The notes under the pieces are model-generated. The model was given only the letters and a program-made list of their open reading frames with translations. It had not been told where the DNA came from and ran no database searches. 59,297 nucleotides of DNA from Deltaproteobacteria bacterium (GTDB taxonomy: Bacteria > Desulfobacterota > Syntrophia > Syntrophales > JAIPED01): positions 1-59,297 of the forward strand of contig JAIPED010000002.1 in NCBI GenBank assembly GCA_021737325.1. Reading direction: 5' to 3'. The position numbers were made by a program, and so were the translations under genes. This document shows positions 18,373 through 26,944 of this stretch, in pieces (within the stretch, counting starts at the first letter, position 1; each line of letters opens with the position of its first letter).

Positions 18373-19797
18373 GTGGGAAATAATGTTTCAGCAATTTTGC
18401 AGAGTCTTCCCAAGATGGATGATTTATTAGGCGGTGTTAAGGATGAGCTTGGTTCTTTGCTTTCCATCGCGGTTATTAAGCGCCTCTGTCAGCAGGTGGT
18501 TAGCAAAAAGCGTGAAGAGCTACTCGCGGAGATGACCGCAGCAGGTTCCCCCACCATCCTCAAATCTAAAGAAGAGCTCCGCGAAGCGATCATTGGGGAA
18601 GTCATGTTTCTTGCCACATCACTGATAAATCCTCGCCTCAAACGAGTTATTAACGCCACGGGGGTTGTGCTACATACCAACCTGGGACGCTCCCCCTTGA
18701 GCGCCCGTGCCCTTTGTGGGGTTGTGGCGAGTGCCATGGGATATTCCAATCTAGAGTTTTCTCTAGAAGATGGCAAACGGGGGTTGCGCTATGACAATCT
18801 CAGAGAATTGATTTGCTCCATAACGGGGGCCGAAGATGTAGTGGTTGTGAACAATAATGCCGCGGCAGTTATGCTCATTTTGGATACCATAGCGTTTGGC
18901 AGGGAAGTTATTGTGTCTCGTGGAGAGCTGGTGGAAATAGGCGGTGGTTTTCGCGTTCCTGATGTGATGAAAAAAAGCGGCGCCTTGCTCAAGGAAGTGG
19001 GCACCACCAACCGTACCCACATTGATGATTATGCACGGGCGCTAACATCCAGCACGGGGCTGTTGCTTAAGGTGCACGCCAGCAATTTTAAGATGGTGGG
19101 TTTTTGCAATGATACTCCGCTATCAGAATTGGTTGCTTTGGGCAGGGAGCATCGCATTCCTGTTGCCTACGATGTCGGTAGCGGGAGTCTTGTCGATCTA
19201 TCACGGTACGGGATAGAAGGGGAACCGATGCTGGCCGAGATATTGGCTTCGGGGGTGGATGTTATTTCCATCAGTGGTGATAAGCTTCTCGGCGGGCCAC
19301 AGGCTGGCATCATTTTGGGCAAGCGGGAAGTTATCCAAACGATCGCCCAAAACCCGCTCAACCGTGCTTTGCGGGTGGACAAGCTCACCCTTGCGGCGTT
19401 GGAAGGAACACTCATTGATTATCTCCAAGACGAAGAGGTTGTTTGTCAAAGTATCTATCCTTTGCGTTACATTTCTCGGACTCCTGCATTTCTCAAAAAA
19501 GAGGCACGCATTCTGACGAAGACGATAAAAAAAAGCTGCGGCAATAAATTTTCCTTGGAAGAGTTAGCGGGTAAATCCTTTGCCGGTGGTGGTGCTCTTC
19601 CTGGCTACGAGCTTGATTCCATCCTTGTTGCTCTAGAAAATGCAACATTAACTGCGGAGCAAATAGCCACAAAATTACGAATGGCGGAAGTTCCCGTTAT
19701 CGTTAGAGTGGCCAATGATAAGGTTCTTTTCGACCTCAGAACGCTGGAGCAGGATGACTACGCAGAAATCGCCTTGGCGTTATGCGAGTTGTTGTAG
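18373..19797 (+). CDS. selA: L-seryl-tRNA(Sec) selenium transferase
   Basis: HTNLGRS and the PLP-lysine motif ISGDKLLGGPQAGII; about 470 aa. Confidence 0.9.
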   Translation: MGNNVSAILQSLPKMDDLLGGVKDELGSLLSIAVIKRLCQQVVSKKREELLAEMTAAGSPTILKSKEELREAIIGEVMFLATSLINPRLKRVINATGVVLHTNLGRSPLSARALCGVVASAMGYSNLEFSLEDGKRGLRYDNLRELICSITGAEDVVVVNNNAAAVMLILDTIAFGREVIVSRGELVEIGGGFRVPDVMKKSGALLKEVGTTNRTHIDDYARALTSSTGLLLKVHASNFKMVGFCNDTPLSELVALGREHRIPVAYDVGSGSLVDLSRYGIEGEPMLAEILASGVDVISISGDKLLGGPQAGIILGKREVIQTIAQNPLNRALRVDKLTLAALEGTLIDYLQDEEVVCQSIYPLRYISRTPAFLKKEARILTKTIKKSCGNKFSLEELAGKSFAGGGALPGYELDSILVALENATLTAEQIATKLRMAEVPVIVRVANDKVLFDLRTLEQDDYAEIALALCELL

Positions 19798-20759
19798 CTG
19801 AAATGGATCGCGATTTTCGTATTGTTGCTACAGTTGGTGATGATGGGGAGCGGGTGGATGTCTTTTTGGCGAAACATCTCCCCCAATTCACCCGTTCCCG
19901 TATCAAAACGCTTAGCCTGACAGGTGCGTTGAAGGTCTCTGGCAAAACGGCAAGGGCCTCTTGCCGTTTGAGTGCGGGTGATGTTGTTGAGTTGAGCGCG
20001 CCAGAGCCTGTTGCCAGCAATATCAAGCCTGTAAAAATGCCGCTACGAATCATTTTTGAGGATGACGCGATAATCGTCATTGATAAACCTGTAGGTGTGG
20101 TAACCCATCCAGCCTGTGGGCACTACGACGATACGCTTATCAATGGGGTGTTGTTCCACAGTCCAACCCTTTCTGGCGTGGGAGGAGTGCTACGCCCAGG
20201 AGTTGTGCATCGCTTGGATAAAAACACTTCGGGAATCATCGTTTTTGCCAAAAGCGACCGGGCACATCAGATGTTGGCAATGCAGTTCAAGGAACGCCAG
20301 GTGGAAAAGCGCTACCTGTGTTTAGTCTTTGGAAATCCTTCGAACGATGTGGGCGAAATTGATTTTCCCATCGGTCGCCATCCCCGTGAACGACAGCGAA
20401 TGAGCGCCAGTGGCAAGAGGGCAAAAGGAGCACTCACCATCTGGAAGGTGCTGGAAAGGCTTCCTTTTTGTACGCTTTTGGAAGTGGAGATCAAAACGGG
20501 AAGAACCCATCAAATAAGGGTGCATTTGAGTGCAAGCGGTTATCCGGTTATCGGCGATGCCGTTTATGGAAAGCCCAATTTTAACGCTGTTGCCAATACA
20601 GCCATCCGTGAGGCCTTGCGAGCGTTTCCCCGTCAGGCGCTTCATTCACACAGCCTTTCGTTTGTGCATCCGATAAGTTGTGAGCGGGTGGCATTTTCTT
20701 CGCCGCTTCCCGCTGATATTGCCTCATTGAGAAAATTCCTCTGGGAGCAAAAAAGATGA
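19782..20759 (+). CDS. rluD: RluA-family 23S rRNA pseudouridine synthase (RluD-like)
   Basis: S4-like N-terminus, catalytic HRLDKNTSG, and RTHQIRVH. The start may be MDRDF at 19803. Confidence 0.85.
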   Translation: MRVVVAEMDRDFRIVATVGDDGERVDVFLAKHLPQFTRSRIKTLSLTGALKVSGKTARASCRLSAGDVVELSAPEPVASNIKPVKMPLRIIFEDDAIIVIDKPVGVVTHPACGHYDDTLINGVLFHSPTLSGVGGVLRPGVVHRLDKNTSGIIVFAKSDRAHQMLAMQFKERQVEKRYLCLVFGNPSNDVGEIDFPIGRHPRERQRMSASGKRAKGALTIWKVLERLPFCTLLEVEIKTGRTHQIRVHLSASGYPVIGDAVYGKPNFNAVANTAIREALRAFPRQALHSHSLSFVHPISCERVAFSSPLPADIASLRKFLWEQKR

Positions 20760-21565
20760 TTCGTTTTGTGGCTTCGCCGCTACTGAGTTCATTTAACGAT
20801 ACAATTACCCACGCTTTTTCCACCAGAGAAGGAGGTATTAACGGCAGTGCAAACGCCGACCTCTGCGTTGGTCATAACAAGGCAGATGCTGCCACCAATG
20901 ACGATGCGAACAAACAACTGCTAGCCCAAGACTTGTCCTTAGCGGAAGAACAGATTTTTTCGGTAACACAGGTACACGGAAACGATATTTTAGCCATCGC
21001 GGCTGGCGATGCTAACACTAATGATTTAGCAGGCGGTTCTTATGATGGAATTATTACCAACAGGCAGAAGATTGCCGTTTGCGTCAAGACTGCGGATTGT
21101 GTGCCAATCCTGATTTTTGCTCCCAAGCAAAATGTCATCGGTGCCATCCATGCAGGATGGCGCTCAACGGCGTTAAATATCGCGGGGAAAGCTATTGATG
21201 TGGCGGCTTGCCAGTTTGGGTGTAACCGGGAAGAAATTTTAGTGGCCATTGGCCCCGCAATAGGAGCTTGCTGTTACGAGGTGGATGATCTGGTGTTAGA
21301 AGCACTGGCGCAAGGCTATAAGGAGCTATCATCAGGCGGAGAGATAGAGGACTACTTGCAGGCTTGCTTCACACCATCGCCCCAAATTGGCCGCTGGTTT
21401 CTTGACCTTAAAGCAGCCAACCGCTGGCAACTATCCCGTGCGGGTGTGTTGGCTTGCAATGTGGATACCATTGAGCGCTGCACCTCCTGCGAAGCGGATA
21501 GCTTTTTTTCGCACCGTCGCGACCGAGAAAAGGGGAGGATGCTAAATCTGATAATGCTCCGCTAG
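20756..21565 (+). CDS. pgeF: Peptidoglycan editing factor PgeF / YfiH (DUF152 laccase-domain) family
   Basis: HAGWR and C-terminal CTSCEADSFFSHRRD pattern. Confidence 0.8.
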   Translation: MIRFVASPLLSSFNDTITHAFSTREGGINGSANADLCVGHNKADAATNDDANKQLLAQDLSLAEEQIFSVTQVHGNDILAIAAGDANTNDLAGGSYDGIITNRQKIAVCVKTADCVPILIFAPKQNVIGAIHAGWRSTALNIAGKAIDVAACQFGCNREEILVAIGPAIGACCYEVDDLVLEALAQGYKELSSGGEIEDYLQACFTPSPQIGRWFLDLKAANRWQLSRAGVLACNVDTIERCTSCEADSFFSHRRDREKGRMLNLIMLR

Positions 21566-21611
21566 TGTGCGAAGATGCCCCATGAAGAAGCAATCCCCAG
21601 CAGGTCCTTCG

Positions 21612-22043
21612 CTACTCTCCGTGTTCTGAAAATTGATGACAGCGGGGACAGCGCCCGTAGATGAAGACTTTTACGCTCTCGACATAAAAATCCCCCCCGA
21701 GCGTAAAAAGGGGAGCATCTGTATCAAGGGGGAGGTCGGTAACCTCCCCACATTGGATACAACAAAAATGTGCGTGTTCTGCCATATCTCCATCGTAGCG
21801 GCATTGCTTTTTTTGGATGTTAATTTCCTGAACCAACCCATGTTCCTTTAGGGTATTCAAGGTATTATACACTGTTGCGCGAGAAAGACTCTCATCCTCT
21901 CTTGCCAGTTGAGCATAAACTTTGTCTGCGGTAGGATGAGCGGTTGTTTCCCTAAGATACCTCAAGATCGCCACCCGCTGACAGGATGCTTTTAACCCGT
22001 GGGCTCTAAGAGTTTCCTCCACGCTGGTATTGCAATGCCTCAT
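21612..22043 (-). CDS. perR: Fur-family regulator, PerR-like
   Basis: Winged-helix N-terminus, HFCCIQCG and RCPRCH zinc motifs. It is co-oriented directly downstream of rubrerythrin. Confidence 0.8.
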   Translation of the reverse strand: MRHCNTSVEETLRAHGLKASCQRVAILRYLRETTAHPTADKVYAQLAREDESLSRATVYNTLNTLKEHGLVQEINIQKKQCRYDGDMAEHAHFCCIQCGEVTDLPLDTDAPLFTLGGDFYVESVKVFIYGRCPRCHQFSEHGE

Positions 22044-22054
22044 GGTTAATAGCT

Positions 22055-22603
22055 CTAATTCTTAAAAAATCTCTTCAAAAGCCCCTGAAAGGCAGCTCCG
22101 TGCCTTGCTTCATCCTTGCACATCTCATGAACAGTATCATGAATGGCGTCATAACCGAGCTGTTTTGCTTTGGCGGCGAGGTCTAACTTATGTTGACAGG
22201 CTCCGTGTTCCGCATCTACCCGTAATTCAAGATTCTTTTTGGAGCTAGGAAAGACCACTTCGCCCAAAAGCTCGGCAAATTTTGCCGCATGTTCCGCTTC
22301 TTCAAATGCTATTCGCTTGTATGCCTCGGCAATTTCTGGGTAACCTTCTCTATCCGCTTGTCGGCTCATCGCAAGGTACATGCCTACCTCGGTACACTCT
22401 CCCATGAAGTTATCGCGCAGATCCTGGACAACATGGGGATCCAGACCATTTGCCACGCCAATTTTATGTTCCGCAGCCCAAGCTTTGTCCCCTGCAACAA
22501 CCTCGGAAAACTTTTCTTGAGGCGCCTTGCACTGGGGGCAATTAACGGGGGCAACCTCACCAACATGTCCATAACCACAAAGACCGCACACAAATTTTTT
22601 CAT
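22055..22603 (-). CDS. rbr: Rubrerythrin with an N-terminal rubredoxin-like domain (reverse rubrerythrin arrangement)
   Basis: N-terminal CGLCGY...CPQCKAP, followed by ferritin-like ExxH motifs (EEAEHA, DEARH). Confidence 0.85.
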   Translation of the reverse strand: MKKFVCGLCGYGHVGEVAPVNCPQCKAPQEKFSEVVAGDKAWAAEHKIGVANGLDPHVVQDLRDNFMGECTEVGMYLAMSRQADREGYPEIAEAYKRIAFEEAEHAAKFAELLGEVVFPSSKKNLELRVDAEHGACQHKLDLAAKAKQLGYDAIHDTVHEMCKDEARHGAAFQGLLKRFFKN

Positions 22604-22715
22604 TTCTACTTCCTCCTATTTTTAATTTTTGGTTCTACTCAAAATTTCGCTTAGTTTGCGTGGTAATTTTATTTTCAGGAACATTCTTGAAGAATTTTAG
22701 TTTTGCCTCCTTCCC

Positions 22716-22736
22716 AATTTAGATTTATTCTAAATT
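22716..22736. promoter_or_regulatory. Inverted repeat AATTTAGA-TTTAT-TCTAAATT in the rbr/pdxS divergent intergenic region (candidate operator)
   Basis: Perfect 8+8 inverted repeat, 113 nt upstream of the rbr start. The regulator assignment is inference only. Confidence 0.3.
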
Positions 22737-22790
22737 AACGCAAGTGAAAATTATTGTCAAGTTGTAGATTATTATTCGGTGGGTCCGTTC

Positions 22791-22802
22791 TTATTGCAAT
22801 AA
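22791..22802. promoter_or_regulatory. 12-nt perfect palindrome TTATTGCAATAA (candidate operator)
   Basis: Read directly from the sequence, in the AT-rich 361-bp intergenic region. Confidence 0.25.
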
Positions 22803-22964
22803 AGTTATGTGAATAAGAAGTTAAGAGCTTGTAAAGCCCATCTTTAAAGTATTCTTTCTATTTTTTATTTTTCAAGTGTTTATGATTTCAAAAGCTTTTG
22901 CAAAAAGGCTGTTACAAGTGTATCACCACTAAAATACTTTTGCACAAACCACGGAGGGCAAGGA

Positions 22965-23852
22965 ATGCAAGTAGCGGAAGGCAGATACACCATTAATGTT
23001 CAGTTGGCGCAGATGTTAAAAGGCGGGGTTATTATGGATGTTACTAATGTGGAACAGGCAAAAATTGCCGAAGAGGCAGGAGCGGTCGCAGTGATGGCTC
23101 TAGAGCGGGTTCCTGCGGATATTCGTCGTGATGGTGGTGTGGCCAGGATGTCCGATCCCGCAATGATAGAAGCGATTAAGAACGCGGTTTCCATTCCCGT
23201 TATGGCGAAGGCGCGGATAGGCCACTTTGTTGAGGCCCAGGTTTTAGAAGCCCTACGAATAGATTATATTGATGAGAGTGAGGTGCTAACCCCCGCTGAT
23301 GAGGAGTGTCATATTGATAAGAGGCAGTTTGCCATTCCCTTTGTTTGTGGTGCCCGCAATCTAGGGGAGGCTCTGCGGCGCATTGCCGAGGGTGCTGCAA
23401 TGATTCGCACCAAGGGGGAGGCGGGAACGGGCAATGTTGTGGAAGCCGTTCGCCACATGAGGACGATGAACCGTGAGACTAGGCATCTGATCAATATGCC
23501 GTTGGAAGAAGTTACCGCGTTTACCAAGGTAAACGGTATTCCTTACGAGCTTGCGCTCAAGGTTAGAGATCTCGGACGGATACCCGTTGTTAATTTTGCT
23601 GCTGGAGGTATTGCTACCCCCGCCGATGCCGCTTTAATGATGCAGCTTGGTTGTGATGGTGTCTTTGTCGGTTCAGGTATTTTCAAATCTGCCAACCCTG
23701 CACTCCGCGCTCGGGCAATTGTCAAAGCCACTGCCCAATACAACGATCCGGGAGTTATTTTAGAAGCTTCCAAGGGTTTAGGAGAGGCGATGGCGGGCGT
23801 CGAAATAGCGACAATTCCCCCCAATGAGCTTTTGGCGGAGCGGGGCTGGTAA
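22965..23852 (+). CDS. pdxS: Pyridoxal 5'-phosphate synthase, lyase subunit
   Basis: [18 protein letters not shown]; 295 aa. Confidence 0.93.
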   Translation: MQVAEGRYTINVQLAQMLKGGVIMDVTNVEQAKIAEEAGAVAVMALERVPADIRRDGGVARMSDPAMIEAIKNAVSIPVMAKARIGHFVEAQVLEALRIDYIDESEVLTPADEECHIDKRQFAIPFVCGARNLGEALRRIAEGAAMIRTKGEAGTGNVVEAVRHMRTMNRETRHLINMPLEEVTAFTKVNGIPYELALKVRDLGRIPVVNFAAGGIATPADAALMMQLGCDGVFVGSGIFKSANPALRARAIVKATAQYNDPGVILEASKGLGEAMAGVEIATIPPNELLAERGW

Positions 23853-23854
23853 CG

Positions 23855-24499
23855 ATGATCGGAATCCTTGATCTGCAAGGAGGCGTTGCCGAGCATCGTG
23901 AACATCTTGAATATCTCGAAGTTGGTTGCGTTTCTGTAAAGAAAGCCGAACATTTAAAGGGTATATCGGGGCTGATAATCCCCGGTGGAGAAAGCACTTG
24001 CTTATCAAAACTTTTAGAAATTTTTTCTCTGAAAGAGCCCATTCTCGCCGCCCATAGGAATGGCATGAAAATCTGGGGGACATGTGCTGGGGCCATTCTT
24101 CTTGCCACCGAAATTGGCGGAGAATCCCCGTATTTTTCGGTGATGGAAATGGCTGTCCAGCGCAATTCTTTTGGTTCACAGATGGATAGCTTCACGACTG
24201 AAGCTTTGGTGGACGGAGTGGATACAGAGCCAATCCCGCTGGTGTTCATTCGTGCCCCCAAAATTATCCGCGTTGGTGGCAATGTTCGGATCTTGTTGAA
24301 GATGGGTGATTACATTGCCGCGGCGGAAAGCGCGGATGCTCTTGTTACCATTTTTCATCCTGAGCTCACCAACAATAGCGCTTTTCATCGGTATTTTGCC
24401 GCTAAGTGTGGTGAAGCTTTTGCAAAGGCCAAATTGCTTGCTGATCCTGGTTGGCGCGAAACTTCATGGATGGGAAGCGGCGAGCAATCCCCAAAGTGA
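23855..24499 (+). CDS. pdxT: Pyridoxal 5'-phosphate synthase, glutaminase subunit
   Basis: GGESTC, WGTCAG and FHPE triad context; immediately downstream of pdxS. Confidence 0.9.
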   Translation: MIGILDLQGGVAEHREHLEYLEVGCVSVKKAEHLKGISGLIIPGGESTCLSKLLEIFSLKEPILAAHRNGMKIWGTCAGAILLATEIGGESPYFSVMEMAVQRNSFGSQMDSFTTEALVDGVDTEPIPLVFIRAPKIIRVGGNVRILLKMGDYIAAAESADALVTIFHPELTNNSAFHRYFAAKCGEAFAKAKLLADPGWRETSWMGSGEQSPK

Positions 24500-24536
24500 C
24501 TACCCATCAAAAAGTGTACTACTGGAGCAGGTTGAA

Positions 24537-25469
24537 ATGTTTGACAAAGGAAGAGTAGGGCTTGCATTAGGTGGAGGTGGCGCGCGGGGTTTTGCCCACC
24601 TTGGTGTCATCAAGGTGTTAGAAAAAAACAAAATAGAATTCGATATTGTTGCTGGTACCAGCATGGGGGCTATAATTGGCGCCGCATATGCTGCGGGAGT
24701 TGGTGTGGAGGAATTAGAAAAGAAAACTAAAGAGTTTTTCAGTAGTGATCTTTTTGCCGATTCTCCCCTGATGGCGATTTCCCGTGCTTCCCAGAAAGGT
24801 GAGCAGAGATGGCTAAAGCGTATGAAAAATATTTTACGAGAGAAGCTTTTTTTTGCGCGAGCGCTATTCCACCCTGGAGCGATTCCTTCAGCAGAGCTCC
24901 TGCCGCTAGTTAGTTATTTCGTTCCCGATGTTTTAATAGAAAACTTGCCACGGGTGTTTCGGGTTATTGCCACAGATCTAGTTAGCGGCGAACGGGTGGT
25001 TTTTTCGCGGGGGTCGTTGCGTCAAGCGGTTTTGGCGAGTTGTGCCGTTCCTGGGGCGATAGAACCGATTAAACGGGGAAAAATGCTGCTCAGCGATGGT
25101 GGTATCGTAAGCATCGTTCCTGTTGATGCCGCCCGCGAAGCGGGGGCGGATTTTGTTATCGCGGTGTCGGTGGATATGGAAATTGGTCATTGGCAGGGAG
25201 TTACTTCTTCGTTAGGGGTGTTTATGCGAGCGGGGGATATTGCCGCCGAAAATTTGAAGCGGCAGGAATTAAAACGGGCGAATATTTTAATTCGCCCCAA
25301 TGTTGGCAACTCCCACTGGACGGATTTTTTGCGTGTTAGCGATTTCATCATTGCAGGAGAAGAGGCAACAACCCAGGCACTTGCTTTAATCGAAAAAGGA
25401 CTTCCGCAACAAAACAGATTGCGCAATTGGCTCTACAACAGAGCTCGTCAACTTGGTTTTAAGGATTGA
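24537..25469 (+). CDS. Patatin-like phospholipase
   Basis: GGGGARG oxyanion motif, GTSMG (GxSxG) and DGG. The start is taken at MFDKGRVG; the track start at 24306 overlaps pdxT. Confidence 0.85.
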   Translation: MFDKGRVGLALGGGGARGFAHLGVIKVLEKNKIEFDIVAGTSMGAIIGAAYAAGVGVEELEKKTKEFFSSDLFADSPLMAISRASQKGEQRWLKRMKNILREKLFFARALFHPGAIPSAELLPLVSYFVPDVLIENLPRVFRVIATDLVSGERVVFSRGSLRQAVLASCAVPGAIEPIKRGKMLLSDGGIVSIVPVDAAREAGADFVIAVSVDMEIGHWQGVTSSLGVFMRAGDIAAENLKRQELKRANILIRPNVGNSHWTDFLRVSDFIIAGEEATTQALALIEKGLPQQNRLRNWLYNRARQLGFKD

Positions 25470-25480
25470 CCTTAAAAGAG

Positions 25481-25505
25481 CTCATCGCCATGACGGGTGA
25501 TGAAG
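25481..25505 (-). terminator. Hairpin between the convergent patatin and HMA genes
   Basis: CTCATCGCC-ATGACG-GGTGATGAAG with one mismatch. On the minus strand it is followed by CTCTTTT. Confidence 0.45.
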
Positions 25506-25519
25506 CGTAGTCTTATTCC

Positions 25520-25831
25520 TCATTTCCTGACGGTTTGGTTAACAAACTGTGGCGGTTTTTCAACGGTCAATTGGGCTCGTTTCAACGCAGCGATGATCTT
25601 TTGGGGGCCAGTTTTAGCATCATCAAATTTCACCACAACCTTGCCAATATCAGGAAACTCCACTGAGTGAATACCTTTGTCTTCAGACAAGATAAAACTT
25701 ATCTTGCGTGCAACCCCTCAGGTCGTACACTCTGTAACGCGCAATTCCATGGTTTGTTCCTTCGCAAAAAGGAGAACGGGAAAAAGCAGAAGCAAAAACG
25801 CCACCACCAGTTTTTTATGAAGACCTCGCAT
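25520..25831 (-). CDS. Periplasmic HMA-domain (MerP/CopZ-like) metallochaperone with selenocysteine: C-T-T-U metal site
   Basis: ATG at 25831 lies 6 nt after GGGAGG. The signal peptide is MRGLHKKLVVAFLLLLFPVLLFA. ELRVTECTT is followed by an in-frame TGA (25720..25718), and the same frame continues GVARKISFILSEDKGIHSVEFPDIGKVVVKFDDAKTGPQKIIAALKRAQLTV to a stop at 25520. A SECIS-like hairpin lies 11 nt after the TGA. Confidence 0.8.
25688..25706 (-). promoter_or_regulatory. SECIS-like stem-loop for the HMA selenoprotein
   Basis: Minus strand CAAGATAA-GTT-TTATCTTG, a perfect 8-bp stem that starts exactly 11 nt 3' of the UGA. Confidence 0.65.
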
Positions 25832-25940
25832 TTCAAACCTCCCAGCGGAAAATAAAATAATAAATCTTCTGCGAACAAGCACTACCACGGAAGTCGTAAC
25901 ATTTCTCAATAAAAATGTGCAAGTCTTCGTAGGGTTATGG

Positions 25941-26918
25941 CTATCGAGCTATCCGAATTCGCGGATCTGCATAGGCGTAAGCAATATCGGCAAGAAGATT
26001 TCCTAGTAGCGTAAGCAATGAGCCGATGACGAGAATGCCCATAATTGTGGGGTAGTCGCGTGCCATTACCGCAATGTAGAAGAGTTGTCCCATTCCAGGG
26101 AGGGCAAATACCGTTTCTAAGATGACACTGCCGCCAATAAGACCCGGCACGGAGAGCCCCAGTATTGTAATAACGGGAAGAAGCGCATTGCGCAACGCAT
26201 GTTTGAAAATGATGGAATTTTCGCTAATCCCCTTTGACCTTGCTACGGTGATGTAATCTTGCCGAATAACTTCCAGCATATTGGAACGCATATATCTTGA
26301 TAATCCCGCCAAACCGCCGAAGACCGCAACGAAAAGGGGTAGAATCAGATGCTTGCCGAAGTCCAGAATGCTTGCCAGGGGTGAAAGGTACTCGTGGTTT
26401 AGCGAACGAAGTCCTGAAATTGGTAACCATCCCAATTCTACGCCAAAAAACCTCATTAAAATTAGCGCTAACCAGAATGAGGGGACCGCCAAACCGAGGA
26501 ATAAAAGCACGCTAACGGTATTATCAAAGATAGAGTTTTGCTTGATTGCGGCGGTAACGCCAAGGGGCACCGCGATAATGAAAATTACGACCATCGCGCC
26601 AAGATTAAGGGCGATGGTAACGGGAAGCCGCTCCGCAATTTTATCAATGACCGGTCTTCTGTCCGTTGAAAAAGATTTTCCAAAGTCCAGTGTAATAGCT
26701 CTTTGTAGCCAGAGCCAGTATTGTTCATAAAGTGGCTTATCAAGGCCATACATCACCGTCATCCTTGCTTGCGCTTCTGCCGATGATCTGGGGTTGAGCA
26801 TTGTTTCCATATCCGTTGGCTTTCCTGGTGCCAAATGCATGACACCAAAGCAGATAATGGATATTCCCAAAAGCAAGGGAAAGATCATTACCAGTCTCTT
26901 CAAGAGATATTTTTTCAT
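25941..26918 (-). CDS. ABC transporter permease, DppB/OppB (peptide/nickel) family, with no partner genes nearby
   Basis: N-terminus MKKYLLKRLVMIFPLLLGISIICFGVMHLAPG and EAA-loop region ARSKGISENSIIFKHALRNALLP; 325 aa. Confidence 0.85.
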   Translation of the reverse strand: MKKYLLKRLVMIFPLLLGISIICFGVMHLAPGKPTDMETMLNPRSSAEAQARMTVMYGLDKPLYEQYWLWLQRAITLDFGKSFSTDRRPVIDKIAERLPVTIALNLGAMVVIFIIAVPLGVTAAIKQNSIFDNTVSVLLFLGLAVPSFWLALILMRFFGVELGWLPISGLRSLNHEYLSPLASILDFGKHLILPLFVAVFGGLAGLSRYMRSNMLEVIRQDYITVARSKGISENSIIFKHALRNALLPVITILGLSVPGLIGGSVILETVFALPGMGQLFYIAVMARDYPTIMGILVIGSLLTLLGNLLADIAYAYADPRIRIAR

Positions 26919-26944
26919 AGGACCTCTACGCTTTAGGTAGTTAG

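Noticed and set aside
24306-24536. The long N-terminal extension of the patatin ORF, which overlaps pdxT by about 190 nt.
   Set aside because: The patatin domain starts right after the internal ATG at 24537 (MFDKGRVGLALGGGGARG). The extension is an out-of-frame read of pdxT.
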